Source: Nitrospirota bacterium (GTDB lineage Bacteria; Nitrospirota; UBA9217). Taken from it: a stretch of 64,000 nt of DNA. The translations under genes were made by a program, and so were the position numbers. Where the stretch lies: positions 224,001 through 288,000 of the forward strand of contig CAWIYV010000009.1 of the NCBI GenBank assembly GCA_963840455.1, given 5' to 3'. The notes below the pieces were generated by a model. That model did no database searches. It saw only the letters and a list, made by a program, of their open reading frames with translations, and had not been told where the DNA came from. This document shows positions 20,107 through 31,148 of the stretch, one piece after another. Every line of letters starts with the position of its first letter. The stretch's first letter is position 1.

Positions 20107-21262
20107 ATCAGAGTATGTCTGCTCGCCTATTGCCTCACGGGCCGCCAATCCTTCATCAGACCGCCCCACCATGGCGACGGTCGACCTGAACGCACTTACC
20201 CATAATTACCAGGAAATGGCCCGGCGCATCGGGGACCGGAAGGTCCTGGCTGTGGTCAAGGCCCAGGCCTACGGCCACGGCGCCATCCCGGTCTCGCGGC
20301 GGCTCGTCGAACTGGGCATCCACATGCTCGGTGTGGCGCTGGTGGAGGAGGGGCGGGACCTCCGGGACGCCGGCATTACGGCCCCCATCCTCGTCATGGC
20401 GCCGGTCTTCCCCGGACAGGCCGACGTGATCGTAGGCGCGAAGCTCACGCCGGTCGTGTATACCCTTGCCGTCGCCCGGGCCCTTTCGGATGCGGTGGCC
20501 GGGATGGGCAGGACGCTCGGGGTCCATGTGAAGATCGATACGGGCATGGGCAGGATCGGGCTCTCGCCCGAAGAGGCCGTCGATTTCATCGTGGCCGTAG
20601 GCAAGCTCCCCGGCCTTGCCGTCGAAGGGCTCATGACCCACTTTGCCGATGCTGATCTGCGCGACAAGGCGTTCGCATGGGCCCAGATGGACCGCTTCGA
20701 ATCGTTGATACGATTGCTGGAGGCCAAGGGGATCACCATTCCGCTCCGGCACGCGGCCAACAGCGCCGCGGTGCTGGAGTATGACCGAGCGCTCCTGACC
20801 ATGGTCCGGCCGGGGCTGATGCTGTACGGGTACAATCCCCTCGAGAGCAGGGTCAGCGCAGACCTGCGTCCCGTGCTCAGTCTCGTGACGCGCGTCGCAT
20901 TCTTGAAAAGGGTGCCCGCAGGAGTGCCGATCAGCTACGGCAGGACCTTCGTCACGAACCGGGAGAGCCTGATCGCCACCATTCCCCTTGGCTATGCCGA
21001 CGGATACAGCCGCGGCCTGTCCAACAAGGGGGAGGCCATTGTGCGGGGCGCGCGCGTTCCCGTCGCGGGCCGGGTGTGCATGGACATGACCATGCTGGAT
21101 GTGACCGACGTCCCCGGCGTCGCGGAAGGCGACGAGGTCGTGCTCATCGGCGAACAGGGGAATGAGCGGATCACGGCCGATGACATCGCCGCGAGGACCG
21201 GCACGATCGCCTACGAGGTGCTCTGCGGGATCAGCTGCAGAGTGCCGAGGGTGATAAAGTAA
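20087..21262 (+). CDS. alr: Alanine racemase
   Basis: AVVKAQAYGHG, HVKIDTGMGRIG, HAANSA, GYADG, GRVCMD; exact start uncertain. Confidence 0.95.
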   Translation: MRAPYTESEYVCSPIASRAANPSSDRPTMATVDLNALTHNYQEMARRIGDRKVLAVVKAQAYGHGAIPVSRRLVELGIHMLGVALVEEGRDLRDAGITAPILVMAPVFPGQADVIVGAKLTPVVYTLAVARALSDAVAGMGRTLGVHVKIDTGMGRIGLSPEEAVDFIVAVGKLPGLAVEGLMTHFADADLRDKAFAWAQMDRFESLIRLLEAKGITIPLRHAANSAAVLEYDRALLTMVRPGLMLYGYNPLESRVSADLRPVLSLVTRVAFLKRVPAGVPISYGRTFVTNRESLIATIPLGYADGYSRGLSNKGEAIVRGARVPVAGRVCMDMTMLDVTDVPGVAEGDEVVLIGEQGNERITADDIAARTGTIAYEVLCGISCRVPRVIK

Positions 21263-21335
21263 ATTCAAGATTTCTGATTCATGCAAGATTCAAGAACGGG
21301 TCACGAGCTGTTGTCGTTGCCAACAGGTCCTTTAT

Positions 21336-21455
21336 ATTGAATCCAGGAGCGAGCGCATTCCCCGTAGCTTGCTGCGGGGTTAGCGAGCGATTAGAATAAA
21401 TAGTTCTACCTTGAGGATCGAAGACTCCCTGCAGCTTGCTGCAGGGAGCTTCAAT
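21336..21455. mobile_element. MITE-like element with two related hairpins
   Basis: attgaa...ttcaat ends; ccccgtagcttgctgcgggg and ccctgcagcttgctgcaggg palindromes; degenerate half at 13214-13258. Confidence 0.55.
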
Positions 21456-21482
21456 GTTCGTTTTTGAATTCTGAATTATCCT

Positions 21483-22253
21483 ATGACCGCCTGGCTCGAA
21501 CTGATCGGCAAAAAGACCTTGGCCCTCGTCCGCGAGATGGGGGCGGTCATTATCTTTTGCTGTCAGACCCTGCGCTGGTCCTTCAGCAGCCCCTTCTATC
21601 TCAAGAACCTGCTGAAGCAGATGGAGCAGATCGGCTTCAACTCGGTCCCGGTTGTGATGACCACGGCCCTCTCCACGGGCATGGTGCTGGCGCTCCAGAG
21701 CTACACGGGGTTCAAGCGTTTCGGCGCCCAGTCGCTCGTCGGCGCGGTCGTGTCGCTCTCCATGACCCGGGAGCTGGGGCCGGTGCTGACGGGGCTCATG
21801 GTGGCGGGCAGGGCCGGCGCGTCCATGGCCGCCGAGCTCGGCACCATGCGGGTGACGGAACAGATCGACGCGCTGCACACGCTGGCAACGAACCCCATGA
21901 AGTACCTGGTCGTGCCGCGCTTCCTGGCGAGCACGATCATGATGTTGTTTCTCTCGGCGCTGGGCATGTACATCGGCATCCTGGGCGGGTATTTCGTGGG
22001 CGTGAAGGTGCTCGGCACCAATCCGGTCACCTATATCAACCAGAGCATCAACAACACCGAGGTATCGGACATCTGGTACGGCCTCATCAAGTCCCTGGTC
22101 TTCGGCGCCGTGGTCGGGCTCATCGGCTGCTACAAGGGGTTCAACACCGAGGGCGGCGCCGAGGGCGTGGGCAAGGCCACGACGGGCGCGGTGGTGGTCT
22201 CGTGCATGCTGATCCTGATCCTCGATTATTTCCTGTCGGCGCTCCTGTGGTGA
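21483..22253 (+). CDS. mlaE: MlaE-family ABC permease
   Basis: RELGPVLT, AELGTMRVTEQIDAL, GAEGVGKATT. Confidence 0.93.
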   Translation: MTAWLELIGKKTLALVREMGAVIIFCCQTLRWSFSSPFYLKNLLKQMEQIGFNSVPVVMTTALSTGMVLALQSYTGFKRFGAQSLVGAVVSLSMTRELGPVLTGLMVAGRAGASMAAELGTMRVTEQIDALHTLATNPMKYLVVPRFLASTIMMLFLSALGMYIGILGGYFVGVKVLGTNPVTYINQSINNTEVSDIWYGLIKSLVFGAVVGLIGCYKGFNTEGGAEGVGKATTGAVVVSCMLILILDYFLSALLW

Positions 22254-22257
22254 CCCC

Positions 22258-23010
22258 ATGGCGATGATCGAGATCACGAACCTGTTCAAGAGCTTCGGCA
22301 GCCTTCAGGTGCTCAGCGGCGTGAACCTCACGGTCGAGAAGGGCGAGAGCATGACCGTGATCGGCGGGAGCGGCAGTGGCAAGAGCGTGCTGATCAAGCA
22401 TATCATCGGCCTGCTCTTCCCCGACCGGGGGCAGGTGACGGTCGACGGCCAGGTCCTGAACGACCTGGACGAGGAAGGGTTGAACGACGTGCGGAAGAAG
22501 TTCGGCATGCTGTTCCAGGGCGCGGCGCTCTTCGACTCGCTGACGGTCTGGGAGAACGTGGGCTTCGGCCTGAAGCAGCACACGAAGATGTCCGATAAGG
22601 AGATCCGGGCGGTCGCCACGCAGAAACTGGCGCTGGTCGGTCTCAAGGATGTGGAGGATAAGATGCCCGTGGACCTGTCGGGCGGCATGAAGAAGCGCGT
22701 GGGCCTCGCCCGCGCCATCGCCATGGACCCGCAGATCATCCTGTACGACGAGCCGACGACCGGGCTTGATCCGATCACTGCGGACGCCATCAACGACCTG
22801 ATCGTAGGTCTCCGGAAGAAACTGGGCGTTACCTCAGTGGCCATCACCCACGACATGCACAGCGCCTACAAGATCTCGGACCGGATCGCCATGCTGTACA
22901 AGGGGGAGATCCAGGAGATCGGCACGCCCGACGAGATCAAAGGCACGACGAACCCTATCGTGAAGCAGTTCATCACCGGCAGCGCCGTGGGACCGATCAC
23001 GGCGGATTGA
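22258..23010 (+). CDS. mlaF: MlaF-family ABC ATPase
   Basis: GGSGSGKS, LSGGMKKRVGLARA, LYDEPTTGLDP. Confidence 0.93.
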   Translation: MAMIEITNLFKSFGSLQVLSGVNLTVEKGESMTVIGGSGSGKSVLIKHIIGLLFPDRGQVTVDGQVLNDLDEEGLNDVRKKFGMLFQGAALFDSLTVWENVGFGLKQHTKMSDKEIRAVATQKLALVGLKDVEDKMPVDLSGGMKKRVGLARAIAMDPQIILYDEPTTGLDPITADAINDLIVGLRKKLGVTSVAITHDMHSAYKISDRIAMLYKGEIQEIGTPDEIKGTTNPIVKQFITGSAVGPITAD

Positions 23011-23014
23011 CACA

Positions 23015-23150
23015 ATTTCGGATTGCGGATCGTAGATTACGGAATGAAAAACGCATACTATTCTCCGGGGCCCCAAATCCGCAATCCCCCGTTTGAACGG
23101 GAGCTTCTATGGTATTTAAATCCGCACTCCGCATTCCGCATTCCGCAATG
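23015..23150. repeat. Heptamer-periodic inverted repeat (ggattgc / tccgcat)
   Basis: ttcggattgcggatcgtagattacgga ... tccgcactccgcattccgcattccgcaa. Confidence 0.55.
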
Positions 23151-23164
23151 GAGATGGAGCGTTT

Positions 23165-24577
23165 ATGGCGAAATTGAGCGCAGAGGCGAAGGTCGGTCTG
23201 CTGGTGCTGGTGGGATCGGTGATCCTGATGTACATGACCCTTGTCGTCGGGAAGTATGAGCTCGGCGAGAAGAAGGGGTACCGCGTCGTGGCGATGTTCG
23301 ACTCCGTGGCCGGTCTCGATGCGAAGGCCGTGGTGCGCATGGCCGGCGTGAAGATCGGGACCGTGGAGACCGTCGAGCTCGAGGACGGCCGGGCAAAGGT
23401 CGTCCTCCGCATCAATCCGAACGTGAAGATCGGCCGGGGTGCGGAGGCCGCGGTCAAGACCATGGGCCTTTTGGGCGACAAGTACGTGGACATCGTTCCC
23501 CCCAGAGGGACGGAGGGCGGACGGCAGCCCCGTGAGCGCTCCGGCTTCTACCAGGACAACGAGCGGCTTGAGGTGACGGCCTCTCCCAGCGACGTGGACC
23601 GGCTCGTCACCCAGCTTTCGGGCATCGCCGACGACATCAAGCAGGTAACGGCATCGCTCCGTCAGGTCTTCGGCAGCCAGCGCGGCGAAAAGTCCATGGA
23701 GGACATCCTGCATGACCTCCGCCAGACCACGGCGAACATCAAGGAATTCTCCTACGCGCTCAAGGGCGACGGGGGCGAACTGATCACCCGCCTCAACGAG
23801 CTGGCGCAGAACCTGAACGGCGTGGTGAACGACAACAAGGACAATCTCAAGGTGACCATGGAGAACGTCCGCGAGGCGTCCAAGAACGCAGAGCTGGCCC
23901 TCGCTTCGATCAATGAGGTCACCAAGCGGATCGACCGCGGCGAGGGGACCCTGGGCAAGCTCGTGACCGATGAGAGCATGTACACCAGCATCGACAGCGC
24001 GGCCAAAGGCATCGCGGATTATACCTCGCGGATCGAACGTCTGAAGACGGCCATCGCGTTCCGGTCCGAGTACGGGTTCCCGAAGTTCAAAAATTATTTT
24101 ACGCTCGAGCTGAAGCCCCGTCCGGACCAGTACTACATCCTCGAGCTGGTCTCCGACCCCTTCGGCAAATATTCGCGCGTTGAGACGACCAGCACACCGC
24201 CCGGTAGCACGACCGTGACCGAGACCTACGAGGACAAGCTCAAGTTCAGCATCGAGTTCGCAAAGCGCTACGGCAACCTCGCGTTCCGTATGGGGCTCAT
24301 CGAGTCCACGGGCGGCGTGGGAGGCGACGTCTTCCTGTTCGACGACCGGGTGAAGTTCAGTCTCGATGCCTGGAACTCCAACAGCCATGAACCGCATAAC
24401 ACTTATTCGCATTTGAAGGCTACGGCGAACATGATGCTGAACAAGGTCCTGTTCCTGAATGCGGGCTACGACAACATCCTGAACGTCGAACGGCGGTCTG
24501 CGTTTGTCGGCGCCGGCCTGCGCTTCACGGACGACGACCTCAAGTACTTCATGGGAAGCGTGCCGATCCCGAAGTAG
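23165..24577 (+). CDS. mlaD: MCE/MlaD-family protein with long helical region and beta-rich C-terminus
   Basis: N-terminal TM; FDSVAGL..VRMAGVKIGTV; GLLGDKYVDI. Confidence 0.85.
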   Translation: MAKLSAEAKVGLLVLVGSVILMYMTLVVGKYELGEKKGYRVVAMFDSVAGLDAKAVVRMAGVKIGTVETVELEDGRAKVVLRINPNVKIGRGAEAAVKTMGLLGDKYVDIVPPRGTEGGRQPRERSGFYQDNERLEVTASPSDVDRLVTQLSGIADDIKQVTASLRQVFGSQRGEKSMEDILHDLRQTTANIKEFSYALKGDGGELITRLNELAQNLNGVVNDNKDNLKVTMENVREASKNAELALASINEVTKRIDRGEGTLGKLVTDESMYTSIDSAAKGIADYTSRIERLKTAIAFRSEYGFPKFKNYFTLELKPRPDQYYILELVSDPFGKYSRVETTSTPPGSTTVTETYEDKLKFSIEFAKRYGNLAFRMGLIESTGGVGGDVFLFDDRVKFSLDAWNSNSHEPHNTYSHLKATANMMLNKVLFLNAGYDNILNVERRSAFVGAGLRFTDDDLKYFMGSVPIPK

Positions 24578-24601
24578 CGAGTAGCGCCGGACGCTCCGTT
24601 C

Positions 24602-24630
24602 TTGACATTTCATTCCCTGTAACCTAGAAT
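24602..24630 (+). promoter_or_regulatory. Sigma70 promoter of galU-lon
   Basis: TTGACA-17 bp-TAGAAT. Confidence 0.7.
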
Positions 24631-24657
24631 ACGCTCGTTGCTCATGCCACCGAGGAG

Positions 24658-25533
24658 ATGCGTTTGAAGAAAGAGATAACGAAGGCGGTGTTTCCCGCCG
24701 CGGGGCTCGGGACGCGGTTCCTGCCCGCGACGAAGGCCATGCCCAAGGAAATGCTCCCCCTGGTGGACAAGCCCCTCATCCAGTATGTGGTGGAGGAGGC
24801 GGTCTCGTCGGGGATCGAAGAGGTGGTGCTGGTCACGGGCCGCGGCAAGCGGGCCATTGAGGACCATTTCGATGTTGCCTTCGAGCTCGAGGAGGAGCTC
24901 AAGGCCAAGGGCAAGCACAAGATCCTGAACGAGGTGCAGCGCATCGCCGACCTCGTGACGTTCTGCTACATCCGCCAGAAGAAGGCGCTCGGCCTGGGCC
25001 ACGCCGTGCTGACGGCCAAGCGCGTGGTGGGCAATGAACCGTTCGCGGTGCTCCTGGGCGACGACATCATCGACGCGGCCACCCCGGTCCTCCGGCAGAT
25101 GATGGACGTGTACCGGCGCTATCCCGGGACGATCCTCGCCATCCAGAAGGTGCCCCGGTCGCAGACGCGCAATTACGGCATCATCGACGCCCGGAAGATC
25201 GAGAACGACGTATACCTCGTGAAGCACCTGGTGGAGAAGCCGGCCCCCGAGGATGCGCCGTCCAACCTGGCCATCATCGGGCGGTACATCCTGACGCCGG
25301 AGATCTTCACAGCGCTGGAGCACACGAAAGCGGGGAAGGGCGGCGAGATCCAGCTCACCGACGGGCTCCGCCTGCTCATGGAGAAACAGCCTATCTACGC
25401 CTTCGAGTTCGAGGGCACGCGGTATGACGCCGGCGACAAGCTCGGCTTTCTCAAGGCCACCGTCGAGTTCGGCCTCAGGAACACCGAGTTCGGCAGCGAG
25501 TTCCGGAGCTACCTGCAGAAACTGAAGTTCTGA
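24658..25533 (+). CDS. galU: UTP-glucose-1-phosphate uridylyltransferase
   Basis: PAAGLGTRFLPATKAMPKEMLP, GLGHAVL, GEIQLTD. Confidence 0.97.
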   Translation: MRLKKEITKAVFPAAGLGTRFLPATKAMPKEMLPLVDKPLIQYVVEEAVSSGIEEVVLVTGRGKRAIEDHFDVAFELEEELKAKGKHKILNEVQRIADLVTFCYIRQKKALGLGHAVLTAKRVVGNEPFAVLLGDDIIDAATPVLRQMMDVYRRYPGTILAIQKVPRSQTRNYGIIDARKIENDVYLVKHLVEKPAPEDAPSNLAIIGRYILTPEIFTALEHTKAGKGGEIQLTDGLRLLMEKQPIYAFEFEGTRYDAGDKLGFLKATVEFGLRNTEFGSEFRSYLQKLKF

Positions 25534-25574
25534 GCGCGCCGCGGCATCCCTGACGCTGTCATAAGGAGACCATC

Positions 25575-27986
25575 TTGGCAAAGACCGAACCTAAGGGCAA
25601 CGAGCTCCAGCAGTCCATCGAGATCCCCAAGAAGATCCCGCTGCTCCCCATCCGGGACATCGTGGTCTTCCCCTACATGGTGCTCCCCCTGTTCGTGGGA
25701 CGGGAGATGTCCATCAAGGCGATCGAAACGGCGCTGGAGGGGAACCGGATGATCTTCCTCGCCTCCCAGAAGGACATCAACGTCGAGAACCCCTCGCCGT
25801 CGGACCTCTATTCCATGGGGACCGTGGGCGTGATCATGCGGATGCTGAAGCTCCCCGACGGCAGGATCAAGATCCTGGTCCAGGGGGTGTCCCGCGCGAA
25901 GACCACGAAATTCCTGCAAAAAGAACCGTTCTACATGGTCGAGATCAAGACCTTCCCCGACGCGCCGTCGCCCGTGAACATCGAGCTCGAGGCGCTCATG
26001 CGGAACGTCAAGGAGCAGATCGAGAAGCTCGTGTCCTTTGGCAAGGTGATCCTGCCCGACATCATGGTGGTCATCGAGAACGTGGACGACCCCGGGAAGC
26101 TCGCCGACCTCGCCGTGGCGAACATGGGCCTCAAGGTGGAACAGGCCCAGGAGATCCTGGAGGTCACCGATCCCCTGCAGCGGATCAAGCGGATCAACGA
26201 GGCGCTGGGCAAGGAGATCGAGCTTTTGTCCATGCAGCAGAAGATCCAGGCCGATGTCCGTGGCGAGATCGACAAGACCCAGCGCGAGTATTTCCTTCGC
26301 GAGCAGCTCAAGGCCATCCAGAAGGAGCTGGGCGATACGGACGACCGCTCCGAGGACATCCGCGAGCTCCGGGAGAAGATCGTCGATGCCAAGATGCCGG
26401 AGAAGGCCATGAAGGAGGCCGAGAAGCAGCTCCGGAGGCTCGAGCGCATGCACCCCGATGCCGCTGAGGCGTCCATGACCCGCACGTACATCGAGGGGCT
26501 CGCCGAGCTCCCCTGGAGCAAGTCGACGAAGGACAACCTGGACCTCAAGGCGGCGCAGAAGATCCTCGAGGAGGACCACTACGACCTCGAGAAGGTGAAG
26601 GAGCGCATCCTTGAATATCTTGCCGTGCGCAAGCTCAAGGACAAGATGAAGGGCCCCATCCTGTGCTTTGTGGGGCCTCCGGGCGTAGGCAAGACCTCGC
26701 TCGGCAAGTCCATCGCCCGCTCCCTGGGGCGCGAGTTCGTGCGCATCTCGCTGGGCGGCGTGCGGGACGAGGCGGAGATCCGCGGCCACCGCAGGACCTA
26801 CGTGGGGGCGCTGCCGGGCAGGATCATCCAGGGCATCAAGACGGCCGGGTCCAATAATCCGGTCTTCATGCTCGACGAGATCGACAAGATCGGCGCCGAC
26901 TTCCGGGGCGACCCGTCGGCCGCCCTGCTCGAGGTGCTGGACCCCGAGCAGAACAACTCTTTCAGCGACCATTACATCGGGCTGCCCTTCGACCTGTCCA
27001 ATGTCATGTTCATCACCACGGCCAACATGACGGACCCCATCCCGGGGCCGCTCAAGGACCGCATGGAGATCATCCGGCTCTCGGGGTACACGGAGCATGA
27101 GAAGCTCGGCATCGCCAAGAGCTACCTGGTACCGCGCCAGCTGAAGGAGAACGGCATCACCGCGAAGAACATCAGCATCCCGGACAAGACCATCCTCAAG
27201 ATCGTTGATGCGTACACGCGGGAAGCGGGGGTCCGCAACCTGGAACGGGAGATCGGCCACCTCTGCCGCAAGGTCGCCAGGAAGATCGCCGAGGGCGAGA
27301 CCGGGCTTTTCACCATCACCACGGCCAACATGCACAAGTACCTCGGCGTGCAGAAGTTCCTGCCCGAGGAGGAGCGGAAGAAGGACGAGATCGGGGTGGT
27401 GACGGGCCTCGCCTGGACCGAGACCGGCGGCGACGTCCTTTATATCGAAGCGACCACGATGAAGGGCAAGGGCACGCTTACCCTCACCGGCCAGCTGGGC
27501 GACGTGATGAAGGAGTCTGCCCACGCGGCCCTTACCTATGTCCGGTCCCGGGCGGCCGACCTCGGCATCAACACCGAGCGCTTCGGCAAGACCGATGTGC
27601 ACATCCACGTCCCGGCCGGCGCCATTCCCAAGGACGGACCCTCGGCCGGCGTCACCATGGCAACCGCCCTGGCGTCGGTCTTTACGAGCGAGCCGGTGCG
27701 GAACGACCTCGCCATGACCGGTGAAGTGACGCTGCGGGGGCGGGTGCTCCCCATCGGCGGCCTCAAGGAAAAGACCCTTGCGGCCCGGCGTGCCGGCATC
27801 ACGACCGTGATCATCCCGAAGCAGAACGAAAAGGACCTTGACGACATCCCGAAGGAGATCCGGAAGGACATGAAGTTCATCTTTGCCGAGACCATGGACG
27901 ACGTGATCAATATGGCGCTCAGGAAAAAACTGCCCCGCCGCATCGCCCATGGGAAGAAGCCAGGCAGGTCACGGGCAACGCACTGA
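25575..27986 (+). CDS. lon: ATP-dependent Lon protease
   Basis: [26 protein letters not shown]; TTG start after AAGGAG. Confidence 0.97.
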   Translation: MAKTEPKGNELQQSIEIPKKIPLLPIRDIVVFPYMVLPLFVGREMSIKAIETALEGNRMIFLASQKDINVENPSPSDLYSMGTVGVIMRMLKLPDGRIKILVQGVSRAKTTKFLQKEPFYMVEIKTFPDAPSPVNIELEALMRNVKEQIEKLVSFGKVILPDIMVVIENVDDPGKLADLAVANMGLKVEQAQEILEVTDPLQRIKRINEALGKEIELLSMQQKIQADVRGEIDKTQREYFLREQLKAIQKELGDTDDRSEDIRELREKIVDAKMPEKAMKEAEKQLRRLERMHPDAAEASMTRTYIEGLAELPWSKSTKDNLDLKAAQKILEEDHYDLEKVKERILEYLAVRKLKDKMKGPILCFVGPPGVGKTSLGKSIARSLGREFVRISLGGVRDEAEIRGHRRTYVGALPGRIIQGIKTAGSNNPVFMLDEIDKIGADFRGDPSAALLEVLDPEQNNSFSDHYIGLPFDLSNVMFITTANMTDPIPGPLKDRMEIIRLSGYTEHEKLGIAKSYLVPRQLKENGITAKNISIPDKTILKIVDAYTREAGVRNLEREIGHLCRKVARKIAEGETGLFTITTANMHKYLGVQKFLPEEERKKDEIGVVTGLAWTETGGDVLYIEATTMKGKGTLTLTGQLGDVMKESAHAALTYVRSRAADLGINTERFGKTDVHIHVPAGAIPKDGPSAGVTMATALASVFTSEPVRNDLAMTGEVTLRGRVLPIGGLKEKTLAARRAGITTVIIPKQNEKDLDDIPKEIRKDMKFIFAETMDDVINMALRKKLPRRIAHGKKPGRSRATH

Positions 27987-28067
27987 CATGCAGGGGATAG
28001 AATACCAGGGGCAGGAGAGAGAAAACAGGGTAGGGGCGGGTCAGAGACCCGCCCCTCCGTCGTTTCT

Positions 28068-29090
28068 ATGAAGATATCCAGCCTTGGCGAGTTCGGCCTC
28101 ATCGAACAGATCCGGAGAACAGCGGCGCGTGATGCGAAGCGGGTGCGCATCGGTATCGGGGACGATGCCGCGGCGCTCGTGCTTTCTCCCTCCTCGGCGC
28201 TCCTCGCCACGACCGATATGCTGCTGGAGGGCGTCCACTTCGACCTCGCCACGACCGACCTGTTCTCCCTGGGCTGGAAGTCCGCGGCCGTGAACCTGAG
28301 CGACATCGCGGCCATGGGGGGGACACCCCGCTTCTGCCTGACCGCCCTCGGCATCCCGCCCTCCCTCTCGGTCGAGGACATCAGGGTGTTCTACCGGGGT
28401 GTCAATGCCTGCCTGAAGAAGTTCGGAGCGGTCCTCGTGGGCGGGGACACCTGCCGGTCCCGTACAGGCCTTGTCATCAGCGTGTCGGTGCTCGGCGAGA
28501 TGGAAAAGAAGCGGGTCATCACGCGCTCAGGTGCCCGGCCAGGAGATCTGATATTCGTGACCGGAACGCTCGGGGACTCAGGCGCGGGGCTGGAAGTGCT
28601 GCAGCGTAAAGCAGGGGGCAGGGGTCAGGGGACAGAGGTCAGGAAACTGATCGAAAAACATCTGCGCCCGGTACCGCTCGTTGCTCTCGGGAGGAAGATC
28701 GCTGCCAGCGGGATCGCATCGGCCATGATCGATGTGAGCGATGGGCTTTCCTCTGATCTGGGACATATTTGCGAAGAGAGCGGCGTCGGCGCGGAAATAG
28801 TCGCCGCAAATATCCCTCTTGGAGCGGGCGTGATGTCCTTGAAGACCTTGGAGCGGCCGGCGCTGGCGTACGCCCTGTCCGGCGGGGAGGACTATGAACT
28901 GTTGTTTACGGTCCCTCCAGACAAGCTGCGGAAGTTCAGGTCGCTCAGGCTCGCTGCATCGGAGATCGGCGTTATCACGCGGGGCCGGTCAATGTCGATC
29001 GTGGGCAGGGACGGCCGGAAAGCCCTGCTCCCGGCCTCCGGGTACGACCACTTTCGTGCGGGACGGAATGTTCGGGGAACGGGACGATGA
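28068..29090 (+). CDS. thiL: Thiamine-monophosphate kinase
   Basis: GEFGLI, GIGDDAA, NLSDIAAMGG, IDVSDGL, GGEDYELL. Confidence 0.95.
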   Translation: MKISSLGEFGLIEQIRRTAARDAKRVRIGIGDDAAALVLSPSSALLATTDMLLEGVHFDLATTDLFSLGWKSAAVNLSDIAAMGGTPRFCLTALGIPPSLSVEDIRVFYRGVNACLKKFGAVLVGGDTCRSRTGLVISVSVLGEMEKKRVITRSGARPGDLIFVTGTLGDSGAGLEVLQRKAGGRGQGTEVRKLIEKHLRPVPLVALGRKIAASGIASAMIDVSDGLSSDLGHICEESGVGAEIVAANIPLGAGVMSLKTLERPALAYALSGGEDYELLFTVPPDKLRKFRSLRLAASEIGVITRGRSMSIVGRDGRKALLPASGYDHFRAGRNVRGTGR

Positions 29091-29533
29091 GAAAGTACAT
29101 TACGGAACGCATACGGGAGATCGTGAAGCTCGACGATACGCCGCACAAACTGGCGCTCGCTTCCGCCATCGGGATCTTCATCGCCTTCAGCCCCTGGCTT
29201 GGGCTGCACATCGTTTCCTGTTTTTTCTTTGCCTGGATCTTCCGGGTGAGCAAGTTCGTGGTCATAACCGCCATGTTCGTGAACAACCCGTGGACCATGG
29301 TGCCCATCTATGCCTTCAATCTCTGGTTCGGCGTCCGCCTCACGGGCAGCGAGATCATCATCCCCGAGATCGCCTGGAGCGAGATCGGCTTCCGGGAGCT
29401 CTTCACGATCCTGAAGCCCATGCTCTGGCCCTTTGTCCTCGGATCGCTGGTCGCCGGGGCCGTGGCCGGGGTGCTCGCCTACTTCTTCTTTCATTGGGCT
29501 GTTACGCACTATCGCAAGATCGAGCCCGTCTAG
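29087..29533 (+). CDS. DUF2062-family membrane protein
   Basis: DTPHKLALA..GIFIAFSP, NNPWT..PIY. Confidence 0.8.
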   Translation: MRKYITERIREIVKLDDTPHKLALASAIGIFIAFSPWLGLHIVSCFFFAWIFRVSKFVVITAMFVNNPWTMVPIYAFNLWFGVRLTGSEIIIPEIAWSEIGFRELFTILKPMLWPFVLGSLVAGAVAGVLAYFFFHWAVTHYRKIEPV

Positions 29534-29751
29534 GGCGGTCAATCTCACTTCACCCAAGAGGTCTTCTTCAGGGGAGGCCTGTCCTGTCGTCCGGCTCCTC
29601 CAGATAGAAAAGGCACAGAAAGGTGGATGCAAATGAGCAGCGCGTCTGTGATGACGCCGGCTTGCGCCCCACCGGAACCGCGTGCCGATCAGCTGCAGGT
29701 CCGTGAGCAATGAGGGCATCTCGGATCAGGCACAGGCCCCGGTAATAGTGC

Positions 29752-29780
29752 TTGACATTGCGGGGTTCGTAGCTTATTAT
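29752..29780 (+). promoter_or_regulatory. Sigma70 promoter of the tRNA
   Basis: TTGACA-17 bp-TATTAT, 11 nt before the tRNA. Confidence 0.75.
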
Positions 29781-29791
29781 GCTCTCCTCAT

Positions 29792-29868
<77 letters not shown>

Positions 29869-29876
29869 ACAAGTTC

Positions 29877-29909
29877 AAGGACTTACGGTTTGCCGTAAGT
29901 CCTTTTTCT
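29877..29909 (+). terminator. Hairpin/terminator after the tRNA (att-junction-like)
   Basis: aaggacttacgg-tttg-ccgtaagtcctt ttt, then a tctaaca direct repeat at 29928-29946. Confidence 0.65.
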
Positions 29910-29999
29910 TTGTCCGAAGGGCCTTCTTCTAACAATCTTCTAACACTTTCCGACGAGTTGCTGCATTGCTCTCCTGCTTCAAGGATGTAATAGAAAGCG

Positions 30000-31148
30000 C
30001 TAAATCGGTCTGACGGGAGACTTAACAAGGGGCCGCGCGATTAAGCTCACCTTGGATTTCCTTCTCAGTGTTTCCCGATGGTGTTCCGGCAGGATGGCCG
30101 CAGTCTTCTGTGCAGCAGTGACAACAGGGACCCCCAGTATCATACCCATTATGCCGAAGAGATTCTCCCCCACGATTAACGTAATCACGAGGAGCATGGG
30201 ATGGAGGTGCACGCCTTTGCCGATCAGGAGCGGCTGCATAATGAGGTCGTCCATGAGTTTTATTGCGAGGTACAGGACAACGACATTCCATACTGGATCA
30301 AAGCTGCGGTACTGCATCAGAGCGACGAGCGAGGATACCGTGCATCCGACAATGGGGCCAAAATACGGTACAATGTTTGCCACACCGCTCAAAATGCCGA
30401 GCGAGATATGATAGTTGATCCCGATGAGCCAGAGCCCCGCTGAAGCCAGTACACCTATAACAAAACAATCAACGGCAAGCCCGCGGAGATACTTTCCAAC
30501 GAGAATATTGATCTCTTCAATGACCGAAATAGTCGTTTCCACGTAAGAAGGCGGAACCCAGGCCATGACCCTCTTCTTTACGCCCGGCCAGTCCTTAAGC
30601 AGGAAAAAGACAAAGAAAGGGACAAGAATGAACGCCATAATAAATGGAGTCGCCTGCTTGAGAATTTCTGAAGCGTTGGGCGTCCGTTCGAGAAATCCGC
30701 TCGGACCGAACACATTATCAACAAGGTTCATGATGCTGGATTCGATGAAGGGGTATTGTCCTGCGATGTCTTGCGCGATCAACAGGAGAGCGTCCTTTAT
30801 CTGATGCGAGAACTCGGGATACTTTGCATAGACATTCATGATCTCCTGCTTAAGACCGGGAATGAAGATCAGGTCTGCTGCAATCACGAATACGCCAGCG
30901 AGCACAAAGAGCAGAGTGACCGCCACGCTCCTCTTGATTCCAAGCCTTTCAAAGGCCTTGATAACCGAACTGAAGATATAGGCAATGACCACTGCGGCTA
31001 TCATTATCATGAGGAGTTGGGTAATACGGGAAGCGATTACTGCGGCAACACCGAGGGCCAGGAGAATAAAAACCCACCGAGGCATCTGGTTACGGAGCTT
31101 GCGCGGATCGGTTAGCGAAGTGCCATTCTTATGCCCTTCGTCTGTCAT
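30000..31148 (-). CDS. AI-2E family transporter
   Basis: Multi-TM; FFLLKD, YLRG, IVPYFGP, QPLLIGKGVHLHP. Confidence 0.85.
   Translation of the reverse strand: MTDEGHKNGTSLTDPRKLRNQMPRWVFILLALGVAAVIASRITQLLMIMIAAVVIAYIFSSVIKAFERLGIKRSVAVTLLFVLAGVFVIAADLIFIPGLKQEIMNVYAKYPEFSHQIKDALLLIAQDIAGQYPFIESSIMNLVDNVFGPSGFLERTPNASEILKQATPFIMAFILVPFFVFFLLKDWPGVKKRVMAWVPPSYVETTISVIEEINILVGKYLRGLAVDCFVIGVLASAGLWLIGINYHISLGILSGVANIVPYFGPIVGCTVSSLVALMQYRSFDPVWNVVVLYLAIKLMDDLIMQPLLIGKGVHLHPMLLVITLIVGENLFGIMGMILGVPVVTAAQKTAAILPEHHRETLRRKSKVSLIARPLVKSPVRPI

Noticed and set aside
14227-27950. Long antisense ORFs (14227-16275, 16702-18594, 22997-24613, 25509-27950)
   Set aside because: Mirror frames of GC3-rich genes with no motifs
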